Source of the DNA: Telmatocola sphagniphila
Lineage (GTDB): Bacteria; Planctomycetota; Planctomycetia; Gemmatales; Gemmataceae
NCBI RefSeq assembly: GCF_018398935.1
Contig: NZ_CP074694.1
Coordinates: forward strand, 5,280,001-5,312,000
Length of the DNA: 32,000 nucleotides
Reading direction: 5' to 3'
Shown here one piece after another: positions 1-9,518 of the stretch. Each line of letters opens with the position of its first letter. The first letter of the stretch is position 1. The translations under genes and the position numbers were made by a program. The notes beneath the pieces were generated by a model. The model worked only from the letters and a program-made list of their open reading frames with translations, was not told the DNA's origin and did not search any database.

Positions 1-95
1 TTTGAAAGACAGAGCGTGCGAAGTCGAATTATACGGCGACTACCTGTAGCGGAGTAAAGGAGATTTCACCGCAATTCCTATCAGTTTACCCGTTT

Positions 96-285
96 GTTAG
101 CCCGACGCGTAAGCGAGGGCAATTTATATCTGTTAATCCGACGCGTGAGCGAGGGCAAATCATAAAAAAATGGCATTTTCTTATAATTACTTATATAAAT
201 TGTGCAGATTAAGATGTTTTTCCATTGGATTGCAATTAAATTCCTCCCTTACGCGTCGGGCTAACTAAGGCGTCGGCTTAACGAG
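96..285. repeat. cluster of short dispersed intergenic repeat units (two direct, two inverted)
   Basis: 'gttagcccgacgcgtaagcgagggcaa' (96-122) and 'gttaatccgacgcgtgagcgagggcaa' (132-158) are direct copies. 'cctcccttacgcgtcgggctaac' (243-265) is the near-perfect reverse complement of unit 1, followed by a partial inverted unit (266-285). An AT-rich core lies between them. Related units occur at 6231-6350. Confidence 0.6.
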
Positions 286-322
286 CAGTTTTTTCGCTTC
301 GATACAAATAGAAAAATAAACC

Positions 323-1435
323 CTATTCCATCCGCCTTCGGAACAGCCAGCTGGCCAGTGATAGTGTAAACAGGGCGATAACCATCAGCGGCACGAGTGC
401 TCGAAATACTTCAATCGCCGGTAATCCTTTTAAGAAGAGCCCTTTCATTACCGGCATCAGATGTCTCACTGGATTAGCGTAGGTCAACGTTTGGAGCCAG
501 GCGGGCATATTTTCCACCGGCGTCGCAAATCCTGAAAGCAGCATGGCCGGGACCATGAAGACGAAGTTGTAGAGAATGGCCTGCTGCTGGGTTTTCGCCA
601 CGCTGGAGATGAACAGTCCCACACCCGCTAGCGCTAAAAGATAGGTTAACAGTGAAATGTAAAGCAAAATGATCGAACTTCGGAAAGGAACGCCGAAGAC
701 GAAGACCCCGACCAAACACATGCCGGTTGCTTGGACGGTTCCAATAATCAAGGCCGGGATACTCTTCCCGATGAGTATTTCCGTCGGGGATAACGGTGAA
801 ACAAGCAGTTGATCGAAGGTGCCCATCTCCCGCTCGCGGGCGACCGATAAGCCCGTAATCATAAGCCCCATCAGCGTTGTGAGAATTACCACGAGTGCGG
901 GCACCGTGCTCCACTTCGGTTCCAGGTTGGGGTTGAACCAAACTCTGTTTACCACGGTTGTCGAGGCGAGTTGCCCTTGCAGGTATTGAGTCAGCTCGGC
1001 TTCGTAACGGACTACTATGTTTTCTGCGTAGTTAGCGACAATCTGGGCCGCGTTAGCTCGTCGGCCATCCAGCAAAAATTGGACGGAGGCTGGTTCACCG
1101 GCCGCCACTTTCCGGGAAAAATCGGTACCAATAATCAGCACCATCAGGCATTCCCGGCTGTCCAGGGCCGGCGCTACTTCGCTGTCGGATTGCAAATGAA
1201 GGACGCGGGAAAAATTCGGCGAACCTTTCAAGCGCGTGACCAGATCGCGGGCATATATCCCGGCATCCTTATTCAACATGGCCACCGGCACATCTTTAAC
1301 TTCCTGAGTAGCCGCGAATGAAAAGATAAGAAGTTGCAGTAGGGGCGGTACGATGAGAATTGTGCGGGTTTTCTTATCGCGCCAGACCATTAGCAGTTCT
1401 TTGATGATCAGACTTCTCAGTCGAATGGAAAGCAC
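323..1435 (-). CDS. ABC-2 type transporter permease (YbhR/YbhS-like)
   Basis: ORF 323..1480. It has the N-terminal 'IRLRSLIIKELLMVWRDKKTR' motif typical of ABC-2 permeases, a long loop after TM1 and multiple C-terminal TM helices. I prefer the GTG at 1435, which has GGAGG 6 nt upstream and sits directly after the upstream stop (TGAGGTG). The ATG at 1480 would overlap the upstream gene by 44 nt. Confidence 0.85.
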   Translation of the reverse strand: MLSIRLRSLIIKELLMVWRDKKTRTILIVPPLLQLLIFSFAATQEVKDVPVAMLNKDAGIYARDLVTRLKGSPNFSRVLHLQSDSEVAPALDSRECLMVLIIGTDFSRKVAAGEPASVQFLLDGRRANAAQIVANYAENIVVRYEAELTQYLQGQLASTTVVNRVWFNPNLEPKWSTVPALVVILTTLMGLMITGLSVAREREMGTFDQLLVSPLSPTEILIGKSIPALIIGTVQATGMCLVGVFVFGVPFRSSIILLYISLLTYLLALAGVGLFISSVAKTQQQAILYNFVFMVPAMLLSGFATPVENMPAWLQTLTYANPVRHLMPVMKGLFLKGLPAIEVFRALVPLMVIALFTLSLASWLFRRRME

Positions 1436-1436
1436 C

Positions 1437-2576
1437 TCAGCCCTCCAATCGCGTTCGCGTGGAACGATAGAGAAGAACAAAAAGTATTGTGGCGAAGGTC
1501 ATCAGCACAAGAGTATTAGGCACCAGAACTTGTGGAACATCCCCGGCGAGGAAAACAGTCTGCAAACCCGCCACAAAATATCGGGGCGGAAGCACACGCG
1601 TTAATAACTGAATCGGCAGCGGCATGGAATCGATTTCGAATAACAGTCCGCTGAGTTCGAACGCGGGAAGAAATCCCGCGATAAGAGCCGCCTGACAGGC
1701 CACGAACTGATTTCGGGTTCGGGTCGATATCAGCAAACCCAGCGAAAGTGTGGTCATCAAATAGGACGCCGAGAGCACGATCAGCGCCAGAATCGAACCG
1801 CGGAAGGGGACTCCAAAGCCCCAGACCGCCGTACCCGCCGATACGGCCATGGCCAGCATGCCCAGCGTGAAGTAGGGCAAGAGCTTGCTAATCAAGAATT
1901 CCATTCGGGTGATCGGGGTGGCCAATAAACCTTCCATCGTTCCGCGTTCCCATTCCCTGGCCACAACCAGAGCGGTAAGCAGAACACCGATTAGCGTCAG
2001 GTTAATGGCCACCGCACCCGGCAGCAGTGCGGAACGGCTGGACAGATCGGCGTTATACCAGAAGCGCGGCTCGACTGAGAGTTTACTGCCATTTACGGGA
2101 CGGATGACCTTGCTGGACTGCGCCTGATTCTCCTGGATCAGCCAGTTCTGCCAGACACCCTGAACATAGCCCTGAACCAATCCGGCGGTATTCGGCTCGC
2201 TGCCATCTACGATCAACTGGATGGGGGCAGTATCCCCACGACCCAGCCGAGCGGTAAAATCGGCGGGAATCACCACCATTCCCGCCAATCGACCTGCAAT
2301 CAGTTCACCGCTTAATTGACTTCGGGATCGGGCTTGCCGGACATCGAAATAGCGCGAGTTTTGGAAGGCCAATAAAAGACTATTTGCTTCCGGACTGGTC
2401 GCCTCCATAACCACACCCATCCGAACATTCTGCAGATCGAGAGACACCCCAAACCCGAAAATAAATAAGAGCACCAGCGGCAGAACACCCGCAATGAGAA
2501 AAGTGCTGGGATCGCGAATAATCTGCAGCCCTTCTTTACGGATCAAGGCCCGCAACCGGCGAAAAGAAGCGTTCAT
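1437..2576 (-). CDS. ABC-2 type transporter permease (YbhS/YbhR-like)
   Basis: 379-aa ORF starting 'MNASFRRLRALIRKEGLQIIRDPST' (ABC-2 N-terminal motif), with a large loop and then 5-6 TM helices. Paralog of 323..1435. Its start overlaps the stop of the ATPase gene by 4 nt. Confidence 0.9.
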   Translation of the reverse strand: MNASFRRLRALIRKEGLQIIRDPSTFLIAGVLPLVLLFIFGFGVSLDLQNVRMGVVMEATSPEANSLLLAFQNSRYFDVRQARSRSQLSGELIAGRLAGMVVIPADFTARLGRGDTAPIQLIVDGSEPNTAGLVQGYVQGVWQNWLIQENQAQSSKVIRPVNGSKLSVEPRFWYNADLSSRSALLPGAVAINLTLIGVLLTALVVAREWERGTMEGLLATPITRMEFLISKLLPYFTLGMLAMAVSAGTAVWGFGVPFRGSILALIVLSASYLMTTLSLGLLISTRTRNQFVACQAALIAGFLPAFELSGLLFEIDSMPLPIQLLTRVLPPRYFVAGLQTVFLAGDVPQVLVPNTLVLMTFATILFVLLYRSTRTRLEG

Positions 2577-4312
2577 GCGACCGCCTTTCGATCCGGCTCG
2601 GCATCCGAAGCTTCTACCAGAGCAATGAATGCATCCTCGAGTGTGGGCTCGGGATGCTCCGAATTTTTTGCTCGTTCCTTCAAATCATCCGGCGAACCGT
2701 CGGCTATGGTCTGTCCCCGATAGATCAGGGCCACCCGATCGCAATACTCGGCTTCATCGAGAAAATGAGTGGTCACCAGCACGGTCACGCCGCGCTCCAC
2801 CATGGCGTTAATATGCCCCCAGAATTCGCGGCGCGTAATGGGATCGACCCCGCTCGTGGGCTCATCCAGAAACAATACGGGGGGATCGTGAAGTACCGCA
2901 CAAGCCAGGGCTAGACGCTGTTTAAATCCGAGAGGTAATTCTTTGGCATCCGTGGCGAGGTAGTCCTTCAATTCGAACGCTTTAATCATGCGCTCGATGC
3001 GATCCTTTTTCCTTGCACCCGATAAACCATAGACACCCGCAAAAAAATCGAGATTCTGACGCGAAGATAAATCGCCATACAAAGAAAATTTCTGAGCCAT
3101 GTAACCGAGCTTGGATCGTGCATCACCGCCCGCCCAATTCAAATCGGCCCCCGCTACTTTAGCCGTTCCGCTGGTAGGCACCAGCAATCCACAAAGCATC
3201 TTGAATGTTGTGCTTTTGCCAGCTCCATTGGGCCCGAGCAGACCGAAAATTTCTCCGCGGCCGATTCGAAAACTGATATTGCTGGCGGCCGTGAAATTGC
3301 CGAAACGTTTGGTGAGGTTATCCGCTTCGACGAGCGGTTCATCGCTACTTTCTTTGGGCCGGGCAGGTCCAGCGAACGGCGATTCGCCTTTGGGACCACC
3401 GCCGAGTAAAGCCACCAGGGCGTCTTCAAACCGGGGCGGCGTGGGAATAATCTCCGCTTCGGCCGCTCCCAGATCGGCGGGCTGGGGAGGTGAAGCGCCT
3501 TCGGAGAGAACCAATCGAACACTATGACCCTGGATGACGCCATCCACCACTTCCGGGCGACGAAGAGCACTAGCCAGCACGCGCCGCTTTTTCTGGGTAT
3601 TGCGTACCAGAAAAGTTCTTCCTTCAGCCCGTTTCGTCAGCTCGCCCGGTGGACCATCATAAACGATGCGGCCTTTATCCAGCGCAAACACAACTTGGCA
3701 CCGCTCGGCTTCATCCAGATAAGCGGTGCTCCATATCACTCCGATACCGCGATCGACCAAATCATAAACCAGCTTCCACAATTCCCGACGCGAGATGGGA
3801 TCGACGCCCACGCCCGGTTCATCGAGTAAGAGAAGCTTCGGAGTTTTGATCAGCGCGCAGGCCAGGCCGAGCTTCTGCTTCATCCCTCCAGATAATTTCC
3901 CGGCCAGTCGACCGGTAAAAGGGCCAAGGGCCGTGAACTCCAAAAGCCGGCGCATGGTGTCGACACGCTCTCCACCGACCACACCTCGCAAGTCGGCGTA
4001 CAAATTCAGATTTTCAGCAACGGTGAGATCTTCATAAAGACCAAATCGCTGCGGCATGTAGCTGACCACTTCCCGGATTTGCGGAAGTTGCGTAACAGGA
4101 TCAAATCCACAAGCGCGGATGCTTCCTCCCGTGGGAAGCAACAAACCGGCCAACAGACGCATCAAGGTCGTTTTGCCGGCACCATCGGGGCCGACTAATC
4201 CGGTCACCTGTCCGCCCAGGATGCAACCCGACACCGAATCCACAGCGGCGGTCTCCGCTTTTGGAAATCGTTTCGTCACCGCATCCAGTAACGCTAGAGG
4301 CTCCGAATTCAC
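2573..4312 (-). CDS. ABC transporter ATP-binding protein with two fused ATPase domains (YbhF-like)
   Basis: 579 aa with two Walker A motifs (GPDGAGKTT; GPNGAGKST), two ABC signatures (LSGGMKQK; LPLGFKQR) and two Walker B motifs (LLLLDEP; VLFLDEP). It has 4-nt overlaps with both neighbours. Confidence 0.95.
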   Translation of the reverse strand: MNSEPLALLDAVTKRFPKAETAAVDSVSGCILGGQVTGLVGPDGAGKTTLMRLLAGLLLPTGGSIRACGFDPVTQLPQIREVVSYMPQRFGLYEDLTVAENLNLYADLRGVVGGERVDTMRRLLEFTALGPFTGRLAGKLSGGMKQKLGLACALIKTPKLLLLDEPGVGVDPISRRELWKLVYDLVDRGIGVIWSTAYLDEAERCQVVFALDKGRIVYDGPPGELTKRAEGRTFLVRNTQKKRRVLASALRRPEVVDGVIQGHSVRLVLSEGASPPQPADLGAAEAEIIPTPPRFEDALVALLGGGPKGESPFAGPARPKESSDEPLVEADNLTKRFGNFTAASNISFRIGRGEIFGLLGPNGAGKSTTFKMLCGLLVPTSGTAKVAGADLNWAGGDARSKLGYMAQKFSLYGDLSSRQNLDFFAGVYGLSGARKKDRIERMIKAFELKDYLATDAKELPLGFKQRLALACAVLHDPPVLFLDEPTSGVDPITRREFWGHINAMVERGVTVLVTTHFLDEAEYCDRVALIYRGQTIADGSPDDLKERAKNSEHPEPTLEDAFIALVEASDAEPDRKAVA

Positions 4313-5454
4313 TTTTTGGTCCTCTCGACCAGATGAAGCTTTTCCAGCCAGAGGGCTTCGGAAAGTCGTTCTTTCCAGCTGCGCGGGCGTGTGTCGGCAA
4401 GCTGCACCGAAACGGTCACCGGCATTCCCTGGCGAAGGCCACCGTCCGGATCGTCGACAACAATGCGAACACGATAGACCAGATCGGTACGCAGCTCACG
4501 AGTTTCCACATTTTTTGGAGTGAATTCCGCCGTGGGAGAAACAAAACCAACTCGGCCGTCGTACTGCCGACCTCCCGGTAAATCGGTCCGGACCGTGACG
4601 TGCGAGCCAGGTTGCACAGCGCCGAGGTCTGGCTCATCTACATAAGTGAGCACCCAAACGGGCTTCGCGAGGGTGAGAGCAAAAACCGTTTCCCCAGCGT
4701 TGACGATTGCCCCGGGTTCTCGAGCGCGGGTAAGAATAATGCCGTCGTTCGGGGCGTATATTATACGGTCGGCCAAGCGCCGTTCGGCCTGAACGACTTG
4801 AGCTTCCGAAGCGGCCAGTTGTGCTCGGGCGGCCGATATATCTTCGACTCGCGGTCCAATCTCCGCCAGCTTCCGGCTTGCCACTAACGAGCGGACATGA
4901 GCCTGTGATTCCCGATACGCGGAGAGTTTTTCCACATATTCTTGGGCGGAAATGGCATTGGTGCCGCGCAGTTTTTCGGAGCGATCATAATCGGCCTCGG
5001 TCCGTTTGAGAGTGGCATTTGCCTCCGCTTCCTGAGCGCGGGCCTGTTCGATTTCCTCTGGCCGGGAGCCATTTTTCAATCGATCGTAATTGGCCGCGGC
5101 CTGATCTCGCTGAGCGATGGAAAGAGCCAGATCATCCCGAAAGTACTTTTCTTCCAGCGTGCCGATCGCTTGACCACTTTTAACGGCATCGCCTTCATCG
5201 ACCAACAGTTTGTCGATTCGCCCGGCCACCTTGAAAGCCAGGTTCACCTGCCGGACATCGATGTTGCCGTATAGAGTCAATTCTGCGGGAGCTTCGGCGG
5301 CCGTTCGTTCGAAACGCCACCCTATCCCGCCGATCAGACTGGCCACCACGGCTAGCGCGAACAGTCTGCGTAGCCACCCTCCGATATTCCGTTTGCTGGC
5401 AACAGGAGCGGGGGGAGGGGATTCATTTTTTGGTTTTGCTGCGTCGGCCGGCAT
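4309..5454 (-). CDS. HlyD-family periplasmic adaptor / membrane fusion protein (YbhG-like)
   Basis: 381 aa with an N-terminal TM anchor (LFALAVVASLIGGIGW), a long coiled-coil hairpin region and a beta-barrel C-terminus. It sits between the TetR gene and the ABC ATPase, as in ybiH-ybhGFSR. Confidence 0.9.
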   Translation of the reverse strand: MPADAAKPKNESPPPAPVASKRNIGGWLRRLFALAVVASLIGGIGWRFERTAAEAPAELTLYGNIDVRQVNLAFKVAGRIDKLLVDEGDAVKSGQAIGTLEEKYFRDDLALSIAQRDQAAANYDRLKNGSRPEEIEQARAQEAEANATLKRTEADYDRSEKLRGTNAISAQEYVEKLSAYRESQAHVRSLVASRKLAEIGPRVEDISAARAQLAASEAQVVQAERRLADRIIYAPNDGIILTRAREPGAIVNAGETVFALTLAKPVWVLTYVDEPDLGAVQPGSHVTVRTDLPGGRQYDGRVGFVSPTAEFTPKNVETRELRTDLVYRVRIVVDDPDGGLRQGMPVTVSVQLADTRPRSWKERLSEALWLEKLHLVERTKK

Positions 5455-6103
5455 GTTTTCCTCCGATAGAGCGGGGTGAGACCATAAGCCCCTGCAACAA
5501 AATATCCAGGTGAGCGCGAGCCAGGGCGGGGATGTCGAGCGGATTCATGTCGTGCCGCTCGAAGGTGTGTCGCCAGATTACCGAGAAGACGAATGGAGCG
5601 AGTATGCAATAAGACACGCTTTCCACATCCATCGATCGAAACGAACCTTCCTCTACTCCCCGACGGAGGACGGCCCGCAGCACTCGACGGCCCCGATCGA
5701 TAACTTCTTGAAGATAAAAACGTGCCAATTCGGGGAAATTGCCAGCTTCCGCCATCATCACTTTGGGAACGAGGGCGAGCCGGGCGGGAATCAGGCCAGT
5801 GCCCCAGGCAGTGAGAAGTTTTTCTAGAAGTTTATCCGCCGGGACTTTTTCCGCGGCAGCCGCTTCCAGCAATTCCAGATTCGGAAGCAGTTCAGCTCGA
5901 ACGATGGCTTTGAAAAGCTCTTCTTTGGTGGGGAAATAGAGGTAAACGGTGCCTTTGGTCACCCCGGCGCGCTCGGCGATATCCTCCATGCGAGTCGCCG
6001 CGAAACCGCGTTCGGCAAACAGATCGAGTGCGGCAGTGCGAATTTCGCCAGGCCTGTCTGCCTTTCTTCGTCGCCATCGGGCGTCCGTAGTCGCATCGCT
6101 CAT
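5423..6103 (-). CDS. TetR/AcrR family transcriptional regulator (CecR/YbiH-like position)
   Basis: 226 aa with the N-terminal HTH signature 'IRTAALDLFAERGFAATRMEDIAERAGVTKGTVYLYFPTKEELF'. It is the first gene of the efflux operon. Confidence 0.95.
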   Translation of the reverse strand: MSDATTDARWRRRKADRPGEIRTAALDLFAERGFAATRMEDIAERAGVTKGTVYLYFPTKEELFKAIVRAELLPNLELLEAAAAEKVPADKLLEKLLTAWGTGLIPARLALVPKVMMAEAGNFPELARFYLQEVIDRGRRVLRAVLRRGVEEGSFRSMDVESVSYCILAPFVFSVIWRHTFERHDMNPLDIPALARAHLDILLQGLMVSPRSIGGKHAGRRSKTKK

Positions 6104-6153
6104 GACTCGCCTCCTCCTGCATATTAATGACCCTTCGGTCAGTTGTCAAGCTA

Positions 6154-6177
6154 ATAACTAACCAGTAGGTTAGTTAT
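6154..6177. promoter_or_regulatory. candidate TetR operator (perfect 10-bp inverted repeat)
   Basis: ATAACTAACC-agta-GGTTAGTTAT, about 50 bp upstream of the TetR start codon (6103, minus strand). The size and symmetry are typical of TetR-family operators. Confidence 0.55.
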
Positions 6178-6230
6178 GGAAAGAGGTGGAAAAGCCGGTT
6201 TGGGGATTGATTCGACTTCGCAGTATTCCT

Positions 6231-6350
6231 GTCAGTCCGAAGCGCGAGCGCGGGCAAATCGAAAACAGCAACGCAATTTTTTAAGGTTCTTCAGCGAGTT
6301 ACGTTTGGTTTGAATGGCTACTAAATACCCTCGCTCGTGGGGCTAACGAG
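6231..6350. repeat. second copy of the dispersed intergenic repeat family (inverted pair)
   Basis: 'gtcagtccgaagcgcgagcgcgggcaaatc' (6231-6260) and 'accctcgctcgtggggctaacgag' (6327-6350) resemble the forward and reverse units at 96-285. Shared strings are 'gggcaaatc' and 'gctaacgag'. Confidence 0.5.
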
Positions 6351-6385
6351 ATTAGATCGGAATTAGGGAACAATCGGAAATGGTT

Positions 6386-7537
6386 CTACCGTTCCCCGAA
6401 TTCTCCCTCGGACATCTTCTTGAATGGAATCGGCTTCGCATATTGGCTTGCCTCGTAAACCGTCGCGATTTTTCGAGCGTGATAGTCGTTGCCATTACGG
6501 ACATCGTACTGCGCGGCCAGGTTCTTCATCTCCGCCTCCGCCCAGTTCTTCAATTCCGAAGTTACATAAATTCCCGTCGAATTCGCAATCGGAAAATCGG
6601 CGGGCACTTTGAGCGTCAGTTCTTTTTTACCCCCCGCAACGATCCGATCGAGTGTGATCCAAGCCTGCATGTAAAAATCCAGGCGATCATCGGCCGCGGT
6701 GATCAACGCCAACATCGAGATATGCCTTTGAAGAAGTGTTTGAGCCCGATCCAGGTTGCCGGTTAATGCAAGAAACGCCATATGCCGTACGGCCGTATCC
6801 AAGAGTCCCGGGTTATCGCGAACCATCGGGTAGCCCTTGCGGTGATAATTCATCGCCTCTTCTCCCCGGCCTAGCATCAGCAGGGGAAACAGGATCTTTC
6901 CGTAGGTGGTGTGCGGAACTTCAGCGCACTTCAGCTTTCCGGTCAGGACAAATTTTACGGCGTGCAGCGCGGCCTCCAGATCGCCAATCGCCAGATAATA
7001 ATCGAAATCGTTATTCGGTACGCAGGCGGCGCAGTCGCTGAGCATGTCGCGGCGGGTTTTCTTCATCATATCGTGCGCTTCTCGAGCCATTTCCAGATCG
7101 CCCAGATGGAGCGAAGAGTCGCGCCGCTTCTGATAGTAAGCGTGGGCCCCGAGTTCGTGCTCGTCGAAGCGCCTTTTCATCTCCACCAGCATGGCCTGTA
7201 CGCGATCTTTGGAAATCTGCGGAGCCGCGGCCAGGGCATCGACCACCCATTTGAATTTCCAGAGCAGATCTTCCACGGAATAGTCGTCCGGTTCGGCATC
7301 GTACTCCGCCAGCATCCATGGATAATGAATCAGGAGCAGATCGGGCTGACCGCCGAAGGTCGCTGCTTCTACCAGCAGGTTGCGAGCTTCGTAACGAAGA
7401 TTTCGGTCGCCGTTGATATCCGCCAGTCGCACGGCCTCCTCGGCGGCGGCAATCTTCAGCGCGCCGCTTTCCATCGATCGGATTTCATCGAGGCGATCGA
7501 ACAGCGGATCAATTTCAAATTCGTTATCTTCGCTCAT
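6386..7537 (-). CDS. hypothetical alpha-helical (TPR-like) protein, downstream partner of the HSP90 paralog
   Basis: 383-aa ORF, with a 31-nt gap after the HSP90-family gene on the same strand. The helix-rich composition suggests repeated helical hairpins. I recognise no catalytic motif. Confidence 0.7.
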   Translation of the reverse strand: MSEDNEFEIDPLFDRLDEIRSMESGALKIAAAEEAVRLADINGDRNLRYEARNLLVEAATFGGQPDLLLIHYPWMLAEYDAEPDDYSVEDLLWKFKWVVDALAAAPQISKDRVQAMLVEMKRRFDEHELGAHAYYQKRRDSSLHLGDLEMAREAHDMMKKTRRDMLSDCAACVPNNDFDYYLAIGDLEAALHAVKFVLTGKLKCAEVPHTTYGKILFPLLMLGRGEEAMNYHRKGYPMVRDNPGLLDTAVRHMAFLALTGNLDRAQTLLQRHISMLALITAADDRLDFYMQAWITLDRIVAGGKKELTLKVPADFPIANSTGIYVTSELKNWAEAEMKNLAAQYDVRNGNDYHARKIATVYEASQYAKPIPFKKMSEGEFGER

Positions 7538-7568
7538 AACTCTTTTCCCGGAAGCTTGGATTGGGTTT

Positions 7569-9365
7569 TTAGCGCAGGCCCCATTCGATGAGGCCGATCA
7601 CTCCTTGATTCAGCAGATTCAATTCCCGGGTGCTTAACGGCTGCTGCGCCAGCAGGAGCGATTGCACGTATAGCACTTCCACGCACTTTCTAAGCACCAC
7701 GCGATCCGTGATTAAAAAGAGTTTGCGAATCAGGGCATTGTTCGCATTCAGAGTCAGCACGCTTTCGGCACTCGGACGATGGCGCGCCGAGCCGAGGCTA
7801 TCGAGCACTCCCGCCCAGAGCGGATCGGCCACTTCTTTCGATTGTTCCAGCGAGCGGAAGAATCGCCCTTCCCGAGTCGTGGCGAAGAGGGCCGAGAGAT
7901 CGTGGGGCTTGAAGGATTTCAATTCGGTTTCGCAGCGAAACGGCTTCAACGCCTGATTGGCAACCTGCAATAACTGCTGGGCCGCTTTGAGATCCTCAGG
8001 GGTTGGCTCATCCAGTTCGCGGGCCAGATCCCCCGCTTCAATCTCTTCGATCGTCAGATCGAAATTCTCGGCTGCGCGTGATAGGAGATCGGCGTCGTAA
8101 GTGTAGCCCGCATTGATGACCAGCAGTCCCTGGGCGCGGGCGATTTTATCGACCTGCCGGAATTGATCGGTCGTGGGCGCCTGGAGAATGCGATCTTCCA
8201 AACGGCGGATTTCGCCGAAGGGCAGAGTGCCGCGATTGGTTTGAAACGGCAGCATGTCGATGATCAGGTGAAAAAATTCATCGTCCTGCGCGGCTAGTGC
8301 CTTCAGAGCTCGATAATGGAGCTCGACGAAACTGGCAAATTTTTCCGGCCGTTTGTCGGCCAGCTGAATCAGATACCTGCGAAGGCAATTACCCAGTTCT
8401 TCACGCGTCTGATCGAGAGCCTCATCTTCGTAGAACGATTCCCGCGAGGCCATGGGCCGAAGAGCATTGGCATTCACGACGGCTTTGACGAAAAAGGCCC
8501 ACTCCGGCAGCAGATTATCAGCACTTTCGGAGAGCAGCATATTCTTCAGATAAACCCGATGCGTGCGTTTGGCGGCCAGATTCACCTCGTGCGACAAAAC
8601 GAAAGCCACGCCATCGACTTGCCCCGCCGGACTCAACAGGGGAATTGCATCGAGAAAAGAGGTATTGAAGATTTCTTTACCGTACGCGAGCAAAACGCGG
8701 GCCCGCTCCTTGTCGTCGACGAACTCCTGCCGCCAGGGAGCCCCTTTTTCGTTGACGACCCAATTCCGGCTGCCGTAAGCGAAGTGAATGGGTATCGGCA
8801 ACAGGCCGCCGAAGTGCTCGGCCAATTCGGGGATCCGAGTATCGGTCATCAGTTCCATTTGATCGGGGCGAGCGGTCAGACAGACCTGGGTGCCGGGCTG
8901 GAAATCGAGCTCAAGGATTTTCAGATCGTATGTTCCATCGGGCCGGCCGCGCCATTCGACGGTTTTGGAATCTGGTTTGGCGCTTCGGCTGATGACCACG
9001 ACTTCTTCGGAGACGACAAAACAGGAGAGCAAACCGACGCCGAACTGGCCGATGAAATCGAGAGGTTTTTCGCCTTCGATTGCCCGCTTGGAGCTTTCGC
9101 CGATGGTGGCCAGGAAGCGGTGGACTTCCTCTTCGGTCAGGCCAATGCCGTTGTCGGAGACGATGAGCGTGGCCGGTTTGCCTTTGGGCGTAATCAGTTC
9201 CAGGGTAATTTCGCCTTGATGGTCGGCATCGATTTGTTTGCGGGCCCGAATGGCATCGACGCCGTTTTGCAGCAGTTCGCGCACGAAGACTTCCGGACCG
9301 GAGTAGAGGTGCTTCGAAAGGAGATCGATGATACCGCGAAGGTGAATCTGGAACTTATGGGCCAT
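7569..9365 (-). CDS. HSP90 family protein (divergent HtpG paralog)
   Basis: GHKL ATPase motifs: 'FVRELLQNGVDA' (N box), 'VSDNGIGLTEEEV' (G1) and 'IGQFGVGLLSCF' (G2). About 600 aa, HtpG-like length. The ORF opens at 9419, but the ATG at 9365 ('MAHKFQIHLRG..') aligns with HtpG N-termini. Confidence 0.85.
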   Translation of the reverse strand: MAHKFQIHLRGIIDLLSKHLYSGPEVFVRELLQNGVDAIRARKQIDADHQGEITLELITPKGKPATLIVSDNGIGLTEEEVHRFLATIGESSKRAIEGEKPLDFIGQFGVGLLSCFVVSEEVVVISRSAKPDSKTVEWRGRPDGTYDLKILELDFQPGTQVCLTARPDQMELMTDTRIPELAEHFGGLLPIPIHFAYGSRNWVVNEKGAPWRQEFVDDKERARVLLAYGKEIFNTSFLDAIPLLSPAGQVDGVAFVLSHEVNLAAKRTHRVYLKNMLLSESADNLLPEWAFFVKAVVNANALRPMASRESFYEDEALDQTREELGNCLRRYLIQLADKRPEKFASFVELHYRALKALAAQDDEFFHLIIDMLPFQTNRGTLPFGEIRRLEDRILQAPTTDQFRQVDKIARAQGLLVINAGYTYDADLLSRAAENFDLTIEEIEAGDLARELDEPTPEDLKAAQQLLQVANQALKPFRCETELKSFKPHDLSALFATTREGRFFRSLEQSKEVADPLWAGVLDSLGSARHRPSAESVLTLNANNALIRKLFLITDRVVLRKCVEVLYVQSLLLAQQPLSTRELNLLNQGVIGLIEWGLR

Positions 9366-9518
9366 GTAGGAACCTGATGAATTCGGAATTTCTCTGACGC
9401 CGGCGATAGATCGGAACATCCGTGCAAGGCGAAATCTTAGGTCTATGATAGCCGGGGAAGAATTTCGAGGAAGGGCGGAAAAGTCGGGCGAGATGGGAAC
9501 TTTAAAAGAACTAATTTT

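Noticed and set aside
323-5454. HlyD + ABC genes as a type I secretion system for the large toxin
   Set aside because: The architecture is the YbhGFSR drug-efflux type, with a fused double ATPase, two ABC-2 permeases and a TetR regulator. There is no C39 peptidase or TMD-NBD exporter and no outer-membrane factor. The operon is on the opposite strand and separated from the toxin by unrelated core genes. The toxin has no C-terminal RTX or GG-type signal.
8316-9377. Long alternative-frame ORFs inside the GC-rich core genes (e.g. 8316-9377 +, 353 aa; 6911-7591 +; 3111-3527 +; 474-941 -)
   Set aside because: These are typical shadow ORFs of GC-rich coding sequence. The opposite-strand genes carry clear family motifs (HSP90, ABC ATPase, permease) and the shadows have none.
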